Shown in pieces: positions 10,981 to 25,074 of a stretch of DNA of 64,000 nt (positions within the stretch are counted from its first letter, which is position 1; each line of letters opens with the position of its first letter). A model generated the notes under the pieces. It searched no databases and had not been told where the DNA came from. It saw only the letters and a list, made by a program, of their open reading frames with translations. The position numbers were made by a program, and so were the translations under genes. This DNA comes from Squalus acanthias (lineage: Eukaryota): assembly GCA_030390025.1 (NCBI GenBank), contig CM059432.1, forward strand, positions 116,314,001-116,378,000, written 5' to 3'.

Positions 10981-11724
10981 CTGTGAGAAAACAAATAAAC
11001 AAATTAGTCATCAGGTCTGAGGTGAGACTGAAGCACGTCAAAAAATTAGTCTTGGAAAAGGTGGTCCAGTGACCAACACATTGCAGTGCAGTAAGGCTGG
11101 ATGAGGATCATAATCTTGATTCTCACCGGCTGTTGAGAAACTGGCTAATTGGAGATAAGCCATTGGCCCTCAAGGATTGAGAAAAAAATGAGCGTGAAAA
11201 TTAATCTAGGCTGCCCTGACATGCTTCCACAGAACCAGTTACACAGTAACATTGCCAGAGGCCAGGACTGATGATGGTGTAAAAGGACCTAAGGTAAGGG
11301 AGAAAAATAATATTTCTCTCAGATTTTTCCTGGAGGCATGATTCCTCGGCACCAACAGCCATCAAGTACCTTATCTGATAACTGCTCCTCCTGCATGAGC
11401 TTCAGCATTAAGCGTTGATGAGCTATTTGATCTGGAGGGGGAAGGGTACCTTAGCTGAGCCTCATTTGTTCTCACCCGAACACCACACACGGATACATGT
11501 GGCATCGGAGTCACTGGATAGTAATCAGGAGCAGGAACCCTGCCTGATATTCCTCCTCCCTGACCTGGGAATAGTAAGGCCAATTGTACTTCCTCTTCCA
11601 CTAATAAGCTGTGACAAAAGTAACTTTAAAATAAGGAAAATTTTAATTTAAAAAGTAATTGAGAAAAGTTAAAAGCTAGATCTATGGAGTGGTTGAAGCA
11701 TTTGGTTTGAAAATTTCAAAACAG

Positions 11725-14110
11725 AGATTAGATCATGGGTGATCTGTATCTTAACTCCATCTGCCCACCTTGGTTCCATATCCCTTAATACCCTTGCCCA
11801 ACAAAAATATCAATCTCCATTTTGAAATTTTCAATTGACCTAGCCTCAGCAGCTTTTTGGGGGAGAGAGTTCCAGATTTCCACTACCCTTTGTATGAAGA
11901 AGTGCTTTCTGACATCACCCCTGGATGGCCTAGCTCTAGAATCATAGAATCATAGAAATTTACAGCACAGAAGGAGGCCATTTGGCCCATCTTGTCTGTG
12001 CCGGCCGACAAAGCGCTATCCACCCTAATCCCACTTTCCACCACTTGGTCCGTAGCCCTGTAGGTTACGGCACTTCAAGTGCATATCCAAGTACTTTTTA
12101 AATGTGATGAGGGTCTCTGCCTCTACCACCCTTTCAGGCAGTGAGTTCCAGACCCTAACCACCTCTGAGTGAAAAAGTTCTGCTCAACTCCCCTCTAATC
12201 CTGCTACCAATTACTTTAAATCTATGCCCCCTGGTTATTGAACTCTCTGCTATGGGAAATAGGTCCTTCCTATCCACTCTATCTAGACCCCATAAAATTT
12301 TATACACCTCAATCAAGTCTCCCCTCAGCCTCCTCTGTTCCAAAGAAAACAACCCCAGCCTCTCCAATCTTTCCTCATCGCTAAAATTCTCCAGTCCAGG
12401 CAACATCCTCGTAAATCTCCTCTGTACCCTCTCTAGCGCAATCACATCTTTCCTGTAATGTGGTGACCAGAACTGCATGCAGTACTCTAGCTGCAGCCGA
12501 ACTAGCATTTTATACAGTTAAAGCATAAGCTCCCTGCTCTTATATTCTATGCCTTGGCTAATAAAGGCAAGTATCCCATATGCCTTCTTAACCACCTTAT
12601 CTACCTGTCCTGCTACCTTCAGCGATCTGTGGACATGCACTCCAAGGTCCCTCTGTTCCTCTGCACTTATCCGTGTCCTACCATTTATTGTGTATTCCCA
12701 TGCCTTGTGAGCCCTCCCCAAATGCATTACCTCGCACTTGTCCGGATTGAATTCCATTTGCCACTGTTCTGCCCACCTGATCAGTCTATTGATATCTTCC
12801 TGCAGTCTGCAGCTTTCGTCTTCATTATCCACGCACGGCCAATTTTTATATCATCTGCAAACTTCTTAATCATACCCCCTACATTCAAGTCTAAATCATT
12901 GATATATATCACAAAAAGCAAGGAACCTAGTACTGAGCCCTGCGGAACCCCACTGGAAACAGCCTTCCAGTCACAAAATCACCCATCGACCGTAACCCTT
13001 TGCTTCCTACTTCTGAGACAATTTTGGATCCAACTTGCCACTTTGCCTTGGCTTTTACCTTCCTGACCAGTTTGCCATGTGGGACCTTATCAAAAGCCTT
13101 GCGAAAATCCATATAGACTACATCAAATGCACTACCCTCATCGACCCTCCTTGTTACCTCCTCAAAAAATTCAATCAAGTTAGTCAGACACGACCTCCCC
13201 TTAACAAATCCATGCTGACTGTCCTTGATTAATCCGTGTCTTTCTAAATGAAGATTTATCCTGTCCCTCAGAATTTTTTCCAATAATTTCCCCACCACCG
13301 AGGTTAGGCTGACTGGCCTGTAATTTCTCCCTTTTTAAACAATGATACCATTTTAGCAGTCCTCCAGTCCTCTGGCACCACGCCTGAAGCCAGAGAGGAT
13401 TGGAAAATGATGGTCAGAGCCTCTGCTATTTCCTTTCTTACTTCTCTTACAGTCTGGGATACATTTCATCCGGGCCTGGGGATTTATCCACTTTCAAAGA
13501 TGCTAAACCCCTTAATACTTCCTCTTTCACTATGTTTATTTCATCTAATATTTCACACTCCTCCTCCCTGATTGCAATGTCTGCATCGTCTCTCTCTTTT
13601 TTGAACACAGTCGCAATTTTTAAGGTTATGCCCCTTTGTTCTGGACTCCCCCACCAGAAGAAATAATTTCTTTCTTTCTACCCCAGCAAATCCTTTAATC
13701 ATCTTAAACACTTCAATTAGATCATCCCTTAATCTTTTATACTCAAGGGAATACAAATCTATTCTATGCAACCTGTCCTCATAATTTAACCCTTTTTGGT
13801 GAATCTGTGCTGCACCCGCTTCAAGGTCAATATATCCTTCCTGAGGTGCGGTGCTCAGAACTGAATGCAGTTCTCCAGATGGGGTCTAACAGAGCTCTGT
13901 ACAGCTGTAACATAACGTCCACCCCTTTGTATTCCAGCCCCCTTGAGATAAAGGCTAACATTCCATTTGCCTTTTAAGTTAATTTATGCCTGTCCACTAT
14001 CCTTTAGTGATTTATGAACTGGGACCCCTAAACCTCTCTGCTCATCCACAGTTCCTAACTTCTCACCATTTAGAAATTAATCTATCTTTCTTATATCCAA
14101 AGTGGTTGAC
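11725..14110 (-). mobile_element. Two nested CR1 fragments (11941-13610 inserted in an older copy)
   Basis: RT ORFs 12927..13298, 12518..12832, 12155..12508, 13553..13771; (TTCTATGA)n tail at 11939-11956; outer copy rejoins gcctagctct / aatttttaaggttatgcccc. Confidence 0.85.
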
Positions 14111-16619
14111 TCCACAAAGATCATATGATCAGTCAATAGTGATTTCAAATTCCATAGTCCAGTGGGCTTTAATAAAGTCCCATGTTCTTCGACTGCAATT
14201 TAAGTATTATCCTTAAAAGGTCCATAGGGAATGCAATTTCATACTTCTGGCTATTGTACAGGGCACACATGTTTTCTGCTATGTTACAGGGAGACAAATG
14301 TTAAAAACTCTCAACTACCATGCTTTAATCTTTAGGTGATGGTTGAGTACTCTAAACACTCATCTATTACCTTCTGAGACAGACAGACCTTCCACTACCT
14401 GGCTGTAACCATATTGAAGGGGTATGGATGACATTAGAAAGTATCACAGCAATTTATAGCCATGCCAGCTTTAAAATCACCGCAGGCAACCAATTATTTT
14501 TTATTAACCAGCAGATCTCTCATCTATTACAGATGGGAAAAAACTGATTGTTGTACTTTCTCTCATTGTTATGGGTGGCTGATTCGATATCGCTCATCTT
14601 ACACCATCGCTGAAGGTTAAAATTTCTCTCTAATTCTTTCTGTCTCCTCTTTGCATCTTTCCATTTTGACTTGTACTCTTTTCTCTCTCTGTATAACTCG
14701 CAGACACTTTTCTCATTGTAGTGTCTGTCTGTTATTTGTCTCTGAAATGTTTTTCCCACATTTTCCCTCAATGTTTGTATAAGGCTCTCGTACACGCTGC
14801 CTCCTGTTTCTCCTGTGCCTCCCCCAGTCTGTGAGCAGCTCTTACTCATGTTTCTTTACAGGAGACGCAGCAAAATGATAGACAAAATGTACTGGATTGT
14901 AGGTGGGTACTGGAATCAGGCTAGGAGATGCTTTCTGGGAGGTGGTGGAACACATACAAGGAGAGAGTGGGAGAGACCAGAGCCAGTTGGTGGAGCCTAG
15001 GATGGGCACATGACTAACAGTGATGCAGGGGACCAGGCCTTGGAGGGAGGTGGAAAGGTGTCCACCTGGAAGTACTCATGAGGGATGGGGTCTAGGAGAC
15101 CTGGCTTCTGAGGCTTGGTGTATTCAGTAGGGCTAAACTTTAGGAGCACTGAAAGGGGTCTGTGGCCACTTGATAGATTGCGGTTGAGGAGGTGGGGCTA
15201 TGGCATCTAAGAGCACTGGGAAGTGCTGAGGTTTATATAATTGGCTAGTTGAGAAATAATATGGTGCCTGAAAGAAATCGGAAGAAACTGAACTATGTAC
15301 TTGGTTCGTTTTGCTGAAGTTGCTGGTTTCCGATTGATAAAGTTAAAAAAAAAGAATGATTTGATTGCTTGGTTTTATATGGGTTGGTGGTTTGTGATTG
15401 GTAGTTTTCCTACCTGTCTATATTTAGGCAAATCAGCATGATTAACAGATAGTCGTTATTTGAACCAATCAGGTACAAGTGTGACATATGAGATATGACA
15501 TGTAATGTATGAGGTACATATCCATGAACTGTAGGGGTATACTAAATGCAAGATTTTTAATTAGATTGATGAATTTCCTGGGTCATTTTATTCAGCATTG
15601 TACCTGTATTTTTGCCAAAAGTACATTCCATGATGTAGACACTGAAGAATTAACAATTGCGACATAATCACTGCAAGTTTATCAACTTATAAATCAATGC
15701 TTGATTTTGTTTAGGGTAGTCCAGGTGTCTGACAAGCACAGAAATCCATCAACATACTTAAGAGTCCCATATTCAAGCTGTTGAGAAATATCTGTAGGGA
15801 TTCTCTTTGCCCAGTATAGAGTGCACACTCTCTCCCATAGAGACATATCCAACTTGTCTTAACTTAGGTACTAGTTGGTAGAACTAAGGCTTGAGGCTTC
15901 CAAGTGTGCAAATGGATACAGCTGGAGCTTAGCCAGTTAAAACAACACAACTTACCAAAGTCCATAACTGATAGGCATCCTTTTGCTCCTGTTAGGAACA
16001 TTCTATCCATTAGGTCTTTGACCTGTAGGGTTATCTGGACCTAAGTGGAATAATCTCTGTCCCCAGTGACAGGTCTACCCCTCTACGTTACGTTAATCAC
16101 CAAGGTTGGTTGATCGATCATAAGAAGTGCTCTTGAGCGCTGTAGACCTGCCTGGTTCACATATCAGATTGCCAAGTCTTTCATGGACAATTGACTTGGT
16201 CCCAAACTTCCATCACCAGGCATACTAAATACCCAAAAGGGATCCTGCGGAGCCCCTCCCCTAAAAGAAGGTTTGTTATTAAACCACTGACTAGTACAGG
16301 TTTCAGTATCTGGAAGCAGGTACTAGGAGCTCCTCGCAAACAGTCCAACTCACCATACAGTACAACCCAATAATTCATTAACAAGAGGAAACAGTATAAA
16401 TTAGAACTACATTCAAATCTGAGCTCCGGCTTCCCGACCAGCTGCTCATACTATGAGTCCTAGCTGCTTTCACCTGATTCACTGGTCACTGATGAAGAGT
16501 TTTCATTCAGTGCTATAGTCTGTCAAGTAGTTGTAATCAACTTGAATGAAAGTAAAAACACATCCTTTTTACTGATTTTTTCTTAACAATTTCCTCTTGA
16601 GCTTACTTGTGATGCTCCA

Positions 16620-19175
16620 GTAAGAGTATTCTGACTCTCTCCACTAAGCCCCCCCACCCACTCCCCTGAGACCCTACCCTCCCCTCCAACAACAAATGTG
16701 AGGAGCTCACGGACATCTTTGTCACTGAGATTGAGACCACCATTCAGCTGCCTCTGCCGCTTCCCTCCCTTCCCCTATCCCACCAAACCAAACCCCCCCC
16801 AAGGTTCCCCCCTGCCCTAGCCCTAAACTCACACCTTTCTCTATTTTCTCTCCTATCTCATGCTCTGTTCAAGCTCACCTTGTCCGTGAGACCCACTTCC
16901 TGCTCTCTTGATCTTATCCCAACTAAACTGCTGACTACCCAACTTTCTTTCCTGGCCCCCATGCTAGCTGATATTGTAAATGATTCACTCTCCTCTGGTA
17001 CTGTCCCCCACCCTTTTGTAATCTGCTGTCATCATCCCTTCCTCAAAAAAAACCACCCTTGACCATGCTGTTCTTGCAAACTACAAACCTCCCTTTCCTC
17101 TCCAAAGTCCTTGTTCGCCTCCCAAATCTGTGCCCATCATTCCCGCAACTCCATGTTTGAACATCTCCAATCAGGTTTCCCCTCCACAGCACTGACACGG
17201 CCCTAATCAAAGTCACAAATGACATCTTATGTGACTGTGATCATGGTAAACGATCCCTCCTCATCCTTGTTGACCTGTCTGCAGCCTTTGACACCATCCT
17301 CCTCCAATGCCTCTCCTCTGTTGTCCAACTGGGTGGGGCTGCCCTCACCTGGTTCCATTTTTATCTATGCAATCGTAGCCAGAGAATCACCTGCAATAGC
17401 TTTTCTTCCCATTCCTCTGGAGTCCCCCAGGATCTATCATTGGCCCCTCCCATTTCTCATGTACATGCTGCCCTGCAGCGACATCATCCGAAAATGCGTC
17501 AGGTTCCACATATACACTGACGGTACTCAGTTCTACTTCATCGCCACCTCTCTTGACCCCTCCATTACCTCTGTGCAGTCATGCTGCTTGTCCAATGCCC
17601 AGTACTGGATGAGCAGAAATTTCCTCTAATTATAACTCACAAATCGCAGTTCCCTAGCCACGGATTCCATCCCCCTCCTTGGCCACTGTCTGAGGCTGAA
17701 CCAGTCTGTTCACAACCTCGGTGTTCTATTTAACCCTGAGCTGAGCTTCCGACCACCTATCTTCTCCATCACCAAGACCACGTACTTCCATCTCTGTAAT
17801 ATCTTCCACCCTCCATAAACTTGAACTCTGCTGCCTGTATCCTAACTCGCACCATGGCCCGTCCACCCATCACCCCTATGCTCGCTGACCTACAATGTCT
17901 CCCGGTCCGACAACGCCTCAGTTTAAAATTCTCATCCTTGTTTTCAAATCCCTCCATGGCCGCGCCCCTCCCTATCTCTATAACCTCCTCCAGCCCTGCA
18001 ACCCTCTGAGAGCTCTGCGTTCCTCTAATTCTGGCCTCTCGTGCATCCCTGACTTTCTGCGCCCCACCATTTGTGGCCGTGCCTTCAGCTGTCTAGGCCC
18101 TATGCTCTGGAATTCCATCCCTAAACCTCTCCACCTGTCTATCCTGCTTAAAACCTACCTCTTTGAGCAAGCTTTTGGACACCTATTCTATTATTTCCTT
18201 CAAGACTTTAGATAACTTGCAGACTGGGTAGTTAAGTGGCAAATTAACTTTAACATAGTTAAATGTGAGGTGATGCACTTTGGTAGGAAAAACAGAAACA
18301 TCACCGACACCTGAGAAAATAAGAAATTGAGTGGGGTAAAAGAGCAAAGGGATCTAGGGATACGGGTGAAAAAAACATTAAAAGCAGCATCGCAGGTCAG
18401 CAAAGCAATTTAAAATGCTAACAAATCACAGGGATTTATTTCCAGGGGTATAGAATTCAAAGTAGTGAAGTTATGTTAAATTTGTACAGGACCCTGGTCA
18501 GGCTGCACTTAAAGTACTGAGCACAGTTCTGGTCTCCATACTATAAAAAGGACATAGAAGCATTGGAGAAAGTGCAAAAAAATTTGTAAGGATGGTACCA
18601 GAACTGAGAAATTACAGCTATTGGGAAAGATTGAACAGGTTGGGGCTTTTCACTTTAGAAAAAGAAGGCTTGTAGGTGACCTGATAGAGGCCTTTAAAAT
18701 TATGAATGGGTTGGACAGGGTAGATGTGGAGAGAATGTTTCCACTTGTGGGAGAATCCAAAACTTGGGGCCATAAATACAGGATAGTTACTAATAAATCC
18801 AACAGGGTAATAAGGAGAAATGTCTTTACTCAGAGAGTGGTTAGAACGTGGAACTCGCTACCACTGGAAGTGATTAAGGCAAATAGCTTAGATGCTTTCA
18901 AAAGGAATCTAGATGAGAACATGAGAGAAAAGGGAATAGAAAGATATGCTGAAAGGCTGAGATGAGGTAAATGGAATGGGAGCAGACTCGTGTGGAGTAT
19001 AAACACCAGCACAGACTAGTTGGGCCGAATGGCCTGTTTCTGTGCTGTAGATTCGATATAATTCTATGTAATTCTTTGGCTCAGTGTCAATTTTTTGTCT
19101 GATTACACTCCTGTGAAGCACCTTGAGACATTTCACTACATTAAAGGAGCTATATAAATGCACGTTGTTCTTAGT
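16620..19175 (+). mobile_element. Decayed L2 LINE split by a CR1 3' fragment (~18200-19075, + strand)
   Basis: L2 motifs HSTDTALIKV, ITPMLADL, FKILILVFKSLHGRAPPYL, tail ctatataaatgcacgttg; CR1 RRLVGDLIEAFK..RNVFTQRVV. Confidence 0.8.
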
Positions 19176-19236
19176 GTAGTGATATAACATGGCTGCAATG
19201 GAGCTGTATAGTTGAGCCCTGATTTAAAAGTCCTTG

Positions 19237-21415
19237 GCCTAGAAATTCAAGATCTCTAAAATCCTGCCGGTGCCACCGCTGGCTGGAGTTAACGGCTGCT
19301 GAATTTGATGGTGCTGGCAGGACCAGTAAATTGGTGCTGGTTGCTAATTAACATTAGCCCAGCGCTAAACTCACCATGCAATGCCGTTTTGGTGGTGTTA
19401 GTCCCGGCAGGAGGCCCCAATGTAGCCTGGCCGTAGCGTCATTGCAGCAAGAACAGCCTTCTCTTAAAGCGAGGCTGTCATTTTAGAGAACAGCCTAAAG
19501 GGGAAACTGCCTTTAAAATGAAAAAAATAAAAATCATTTAAAAATAGGCAGTTTTTAGCCCTTACAGCTCAACTGCCTTCTGACAAAAATATTAACATTA
19601 AAAATAATTCTCAAATGGGAGTCTTCAGATCTTAAAGCTGATTTGCCTTTCACACCTCAAAAAATGAGAAAAATGCTTCAGCACTAACACAAATGGCACA
19701 GCAAGCCAGGGAAGGGGCACCCAGGGTCTCGTACACAGCACTCCAGCTTTGTCAACACTGCAAGAGAACTCCTCTACGCACAGGGACCAGGAGACCCTCC
19801 AGAAAACAGGATGTGGGACCAGGTCGCCGAGGCCGTCACTGCCAGCAGTGCCACCCCAATGATCTGGCTCCAGTGCCCAAAGAAGCTTCCTGACCTCAGA
19901 CCACTGGTCAAGTTCAGTGAATGCATCTTCAAAAGCCGTCTCCTACCAACTGTACCGCTAACCTCACACACTTCGCAATGCACAACTCCTCCCCCCCCGC
20001 CCCAATCACTCACCCACCAACAATCTGTACCAATTATGAGGCACATCTCCCATTCCTAGATTCACCTCACCCCCTTGGAGGAGACGGTGCAGGCCATTCT
20101 TGGCAGGGGCATGGCTGAGTCCTTGGTCAGCGGCGGGGCTGAAAGGATGCAAGATTCTGGTATCCTCATACGTTATTCTCCTTCTCGCATGTACCTCTTG
20201 TTTTCCCACCACAACTCCACACTTGTGCCTTCCTCATTTCACACACCCAAGAAATGCAGCCTACCCAGCCAGTGGTTGACCAAGAAGAGGGAGAGGAGAG
20301 TGAAGATGAAGAAACATCGTCACTCGATTTCACACTCCCAGCCACCAGCTCCTCAAGGTCGACCAGCAAGGCCATTTGCAGTGTCCCCCACTGAAAGTCA
20401 GCAGCCTTCCACCAGCCATGCTGCAGCCACTGGGGTAGCACTGCGTGACATCAGTAGGATAGACAAAGGCACACAAAAGACAGTCACTAAGGGAATGCAC
20501 AAGGGTGATTAGTTGATTTCTTGATGTCATATTGGATGGATAGATGTATAAAGTTGGATTGGCTTTTATTTCAGCATTGTTGCCAAGAGGACGTTGTGAT
20601 GGGCAGTAACAGAAGGAAGGTAAGGTGTGGGACAAATGTTGAAAGGGAATTGGGTGTGTCATCACTGGGACCGCAGGGGAATGATTCCATCCTGGATATC
20701 CCAGCCAGAAAGGGGCTGTCTGGGTTGCATCCTTCTTTCTGCTTCCTCCTCTTCCACTTCCTCCTCTTCCCCGCCCTCCTCTTCCACGTCTTCCTCTTCA
20801 CTCTGCGAGTGGATGCTGGAAACAAAAACAGAAAATGCTGGAAATACTCAGCAGGTTAGGCAGCATCTCGACCTGAGACATGAACTCGATTTGTCTCTCC
20901 ACAGATACTGCCTGACCTCCTGAGTATTTCCAGCATTTTCTGTTGTCTCAGTGGCCTTCCTTTACCATCTGAGGACTTGCAAGCATCCACCAGCACTCCC
21001 TGCACACTTTAAAAACTTTTAACATGTATTGCAGCAAGCCACTACTTCACTAAAATCAAAAAAAAAGTCCAAAAGCTGAAATGCAAACTTACCTGAAAGA
21101 TGTGTGTGTCCCTTTAAGAAGTACTGACAGCGTCTCTGTCAGTCTGCTGCACGCTCGCTTTTCAGAGCGAGCTTAGGACTCAGCACGAAACTCAGCGCAA
21201 AGGTCCAAGTTCGCAGAGCGTGACGTTAAGTCGGCGTTGCACACTCTCCATATCTGCATCTCCAGGGTCAGCGCTGCGATCAGCAGCGCTAAGGCCCTCA
21301 CCAAAATGGCGGCTGCCGAGTCCTGCGCCCGAAGCGGACGTTAGAGCAGCAGCCGCCATTTTTTCCAGGATTGTGGCGCAAACATGTGGTGGTAAGTAGC
21401 CCAATTTCTGGGCCC
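19237..21415. mobile_element. Internally deleted PIF/Harbinger element (Myb/SANT-like remnant on +) with a PLE hairpin insert at ~20815-20945
   Basis: Inverted ends ggcctagaaatt / aatttctgggcc; WDQVAEAVTASSATP..WLQCPKK Myb-like motif at ~19810-19890. Confidence 0.55.
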
Positions 21416-21929
21416 TTGAGTTGTATTTCCCAATTCTAATTGTTATCCGTACATTTGAGAAAGTAGAAACTTTGCTTATGTCTTATGTCATCAAATTGGG
21501 GTCTCTGGGTCCTCGAGAGACTGTTCGGTGATCCGAGGAGGCTGTGAAGTCAGGTTTCTGTCACTCTGATTTCTGTCCTTCTCTGGATTGGTTGACTTAG
21601 CAGCATCTTATTTCTGTTCATGTATACTGATAAAATAAACACATTTTCTGCAGTGTTTTCCTTTGAATAGCTAGCATTGTCCTTAGGAAGTTAGATTCCC
21701 AGGAATGTGCCAATATTTACTGGGAGTCAAAAATAAAAAAGGAATAGAAAGATATGCTGAAAGGCTGAGATGAAGCCGATGGAATGGGCCGACTGGCCTG
21801 TTTCTGTGTTGTATATTCTATGTAAATCGATGTCATTCTTTGGCTCGATGTCAATTTTTTGGCTGAAATGTGAAAAGTTTGAAAACCACTCGGGCCTGTG
21901 GAGAGTCCCACGCTGAGATGCAGATACCA

Positions 21930-22100
21930 TTTTTTTTAGTGTTTCAGGTCTATGACCCTTTGTCCGGTTCTGATGAAGGGTCACAGACCTTAAACATTAA
22001 CCCTATATTCCCCTCTCTGCAGATGTTGCCTGATCTGCTGTGTATGTCCAGCATTTTCTGTTTATATTTCAGATTTCCAGCAGCCGCAGTATTTTGCTTT
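21930..22100 (+). mobile_element. Penelope-like terminus (family B) with inverted 5' part and degenerate hammerhead core
   Basis: GGTT-CTGATGA-A-GGGTC-ACA-GACCT-TAAACATT-AACC then ...gatgttgcctgatctgctg...cagatttccagcagccgcagtattttgc. Confidence 0.6.
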
Positions 22101-22330
22101 TTGTTTCATTGCCCCATAGGATTGAACCCACCCTATAAAGTTTCCCCAATTTAAGTTAATATTAAAAATTCAATAAAAAAATACTTTCCCTAATTCAGAA
22201 GAATTAATCTGTAAATAAATAATTTTTGCTCACCTCCATTGTTGAGTTCCCCATTTGCTCCCCCAGTGGACAGAGAGTCATGCTGGACCAAAGAATTTTT
22301 GAAAATGCCCCTCAGACACCGAAGACGTTG

Positions 22331-24006
22331 GGGGGAATTTTTCGGGGGTCAGCGGGCACGTTTGGTGGCGGGTCAGGTGGGAACCCGCTGTCAACCCACC
22401 GCCACGCTAGTTTCCAAGATGTCGGGTCTGTCATCGCTGAAAAGACACGACACCAAGCGGTCGGGGAGGTAATTTAGATGATTAAGAGATTGTTAACTGG
22501 CACATAAAAACTATTTTAAGCAAACCTTTAGATTTTAAGAGTTTTCCCACGGCTTCCCCGCTGCTCGGGGATCACGTCAGGTATGGGATGATTTCTAAAC
22601 TTGACAGCTGAAAATGTTCTATAAAAGCTTCCATTTCAGAGGTGTTCACTTTCCAAGGGTAGAAGCTGTTGCTTACTGCATTTGGAAGACAGATTGAGCT
22701 TTATGCAGCTTGTAAGTGTTTGGAGCAAACTCTCTATCCAGTGTCACCTCCTTGGAACAACCTCTCTCACCATTGACAGATCGCTTCTGTCATCTCAACT
22801 TCACCTGCCATCTATTCCATCAGCATCGGTGCCCTTGAAACTATCTCACCTTGGTCCCCAGAATCCCACCATGATCAGCCCCAACACCAGCATCACCAGG
22901 CACGCCAGCAGCACCAACAACAACACCAACCTTCTCCGCAATCAACTGATGCTGCACAGGACAGAGGGCATCAGCACCCGACCACATTGCTGGCCGGGTC
23001 GCCAGGGATGGCCTCACCATGGCCAGATTTACTTCACTTGACGCTGTACACCCTGGCTGCCACATGATGCTCGGGTTGGCACCACTCCACACCAACACCA
23101 TAAAGCATCCCTACAATGCCCAAGCCATTCCTTTCACACTCATCACCATTGCGAGGGGTACCGTTATGTCTCACCATTCACTGCAACTCACTAAGCCATT
23201 TCCAAAGGTGCACACAAATCTGTCCAACGCATTAACAGAAATTTCACATGAACATTGGCTAAAAAAACCTTGTGTGTTGTTAGTTGGTTAGATTGGACTA
23301 GGATGAGGGTGAGTGTGAGGGGTGGCTAGTGAGATGGGGAAGTGATAATGTAGATAGAGAGGGATGGATGGAGGTGCAAGGTAAGTTGGTGTGAGTAAGG
23401 ATTTACAGGAGTAGGGTGGGGAAGGCAGAGTGATGGGGGTGTGATGAGTGGCACAGCAGGATGAGATTGAGTGTGGCTTTGCAGTAACGTTTCGTGATCT
23501 ACTGAGATCATTGAAAGGTTTGCGCCACTGCAGCCTGGTCCTCCTAATGACATCCCTGCTTGTATCCTCCTGTGCAATGTGCAACCAGGCTGCGTTGGTC
23601 TCCTGGGGAGGTCTGTTCCGCCCATGGGAAGGGAAGAAAATCTTCCTGCGTGCTGTGACTCCCTCCATAAGTATATGGAGGGAGTCATGGGAGAGCCTGG
23701 GTGCAGCCCTGCACCTCTGTGCAGTGATCGTCAGTGTTTGCAGCACCTCAATGGTATAGAACACTGACAGCACAAATGTCAAAGTAAATTTGCGCATGGT
23801 CCCTTTAAGGAAACCGGCTGATGATGTGTCAAGTGATGTCATCAGACCCGCTTCCTTCAATTGGCCGGGAAACGCGCTGGGCGGGCTTAACAAACTTAAT
23901 CAGCGTAAGATCACTTTGGACAGAGGGCTGGAGCCAGCAGTGGGGTCGCACCCCACCACCGACCCCGGCCGCACCGGACCCGCCGGGGTAGGGGAAATCG
24001 CGGCCC
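22331..24006 (-). mobile_element. Non-autonomous PIF/Harbinger element with Myb/SANT-like DNA-binding remnant
   Basis: ORF 23288..23893 AAPRLSHDSL...WLHIAQEDTSRDVIRRTRLQWRKPFNDL; ends gggggaatttt / aaatcgcggccc; closely related to 42472-43059. Confidence 0.7.
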
Positions 24007-25074
24007 TTAGGTCTCATTTTCTTCTCCTCTCCCCACCTTCACCAGCCTGTCAGTCAGGCAGAGAAGTGTGCTCCTCCTGACTCAACCTGAACCCGTCTGT
24101 ATTTCCGGGTTCAGGTCATTTGAATAGGCCAGACGTTCCCCCGGCACAGTCCTGCCCCCCGGTGGGTCTTTGTGCCTGAATGTGGAGGAAGATAGTCAAC
24201 CAAAGTTGTAGCTCTGAGAGGCCTGTAGCAGCTGGAATGTCATCTGGATGTGTGCCTTCTGGCTGCAGTTCAAACATATCAGCCAGAAGGCCTCCAAGCC
24301 TTGAAGATCCAGTGCATCACCCTGTTCAAAAAAAGTGAACTTGTTTTCAGCTTCCACCTGCTTGGTGTCTGATCTTTTTCAGATCCTTTGATTTGATTGA
24401 GGCTAGGTGCAAAGCCTAAGGCCCTCTTGTACCTGAAAACCTGTGTTTGCCCAGCGTGGACCCAGGAAACTGAGGAGAGAAGGACCATGAAACCAATCCT
24501 GACTCATCAGCATAGGATTTCCCTGCTTGTGTCAGCTGTAGGTGCAAGAGTCTTAACCCATCCTCCCCGAGAGGGTCCCCAGAAATCTCTGGGGAACACG
24601 AAGGAGTGGATGCCCAGCATTTTGGTTAATGGCCTTTTTTTCTCTGCTTTACTCCCAGGATATAATTGTTCCCCAGGTGCAAAGTGGTGAAAAACTTGCC
24701 CCACACCTGTTACACTGTAAAACTGAATACCAACCAACATGCACACAACGGCATGCATTCCAAAAGCCCATCTCGCCAGCAAATCATGATCCAATCCAGC
24801 AACTGTGTTTGTTCATTCCTCGCCGGATATACCAGCAATGTGCACAGTAGTATTTTTTTAATACGGCAAGCCCATTTCTCGCCAGTTTTCATGTTTCTGC
24901 CAGCCCACCAAAAACTACGCTGTTCTAGATTGTTCCAGTTACTTCAACCTCAACTCCAGTTGCTTTTGATATTAGGAGTTCCTTCACTGAAACATTATTA
25001 CAAAATTCAATCCACTCTTCATATAAAAATGGAAAAAATGGATCCTGCTGGTGCAGGGCGTCTCGCAGCATACG

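Noticed and set aside
14520..14849. 109-aa charged ORF
   Set aside because: Low-complexity purine-rich sequence; no recognisable domain or convincing splice signals.
23288..23893. 201-aa ORF as a host MSANTD-like gene
   Set aside because: Lies within a repeated Harbinger-like element with a near-duplicate at 42472-43059; motif is degenerate.
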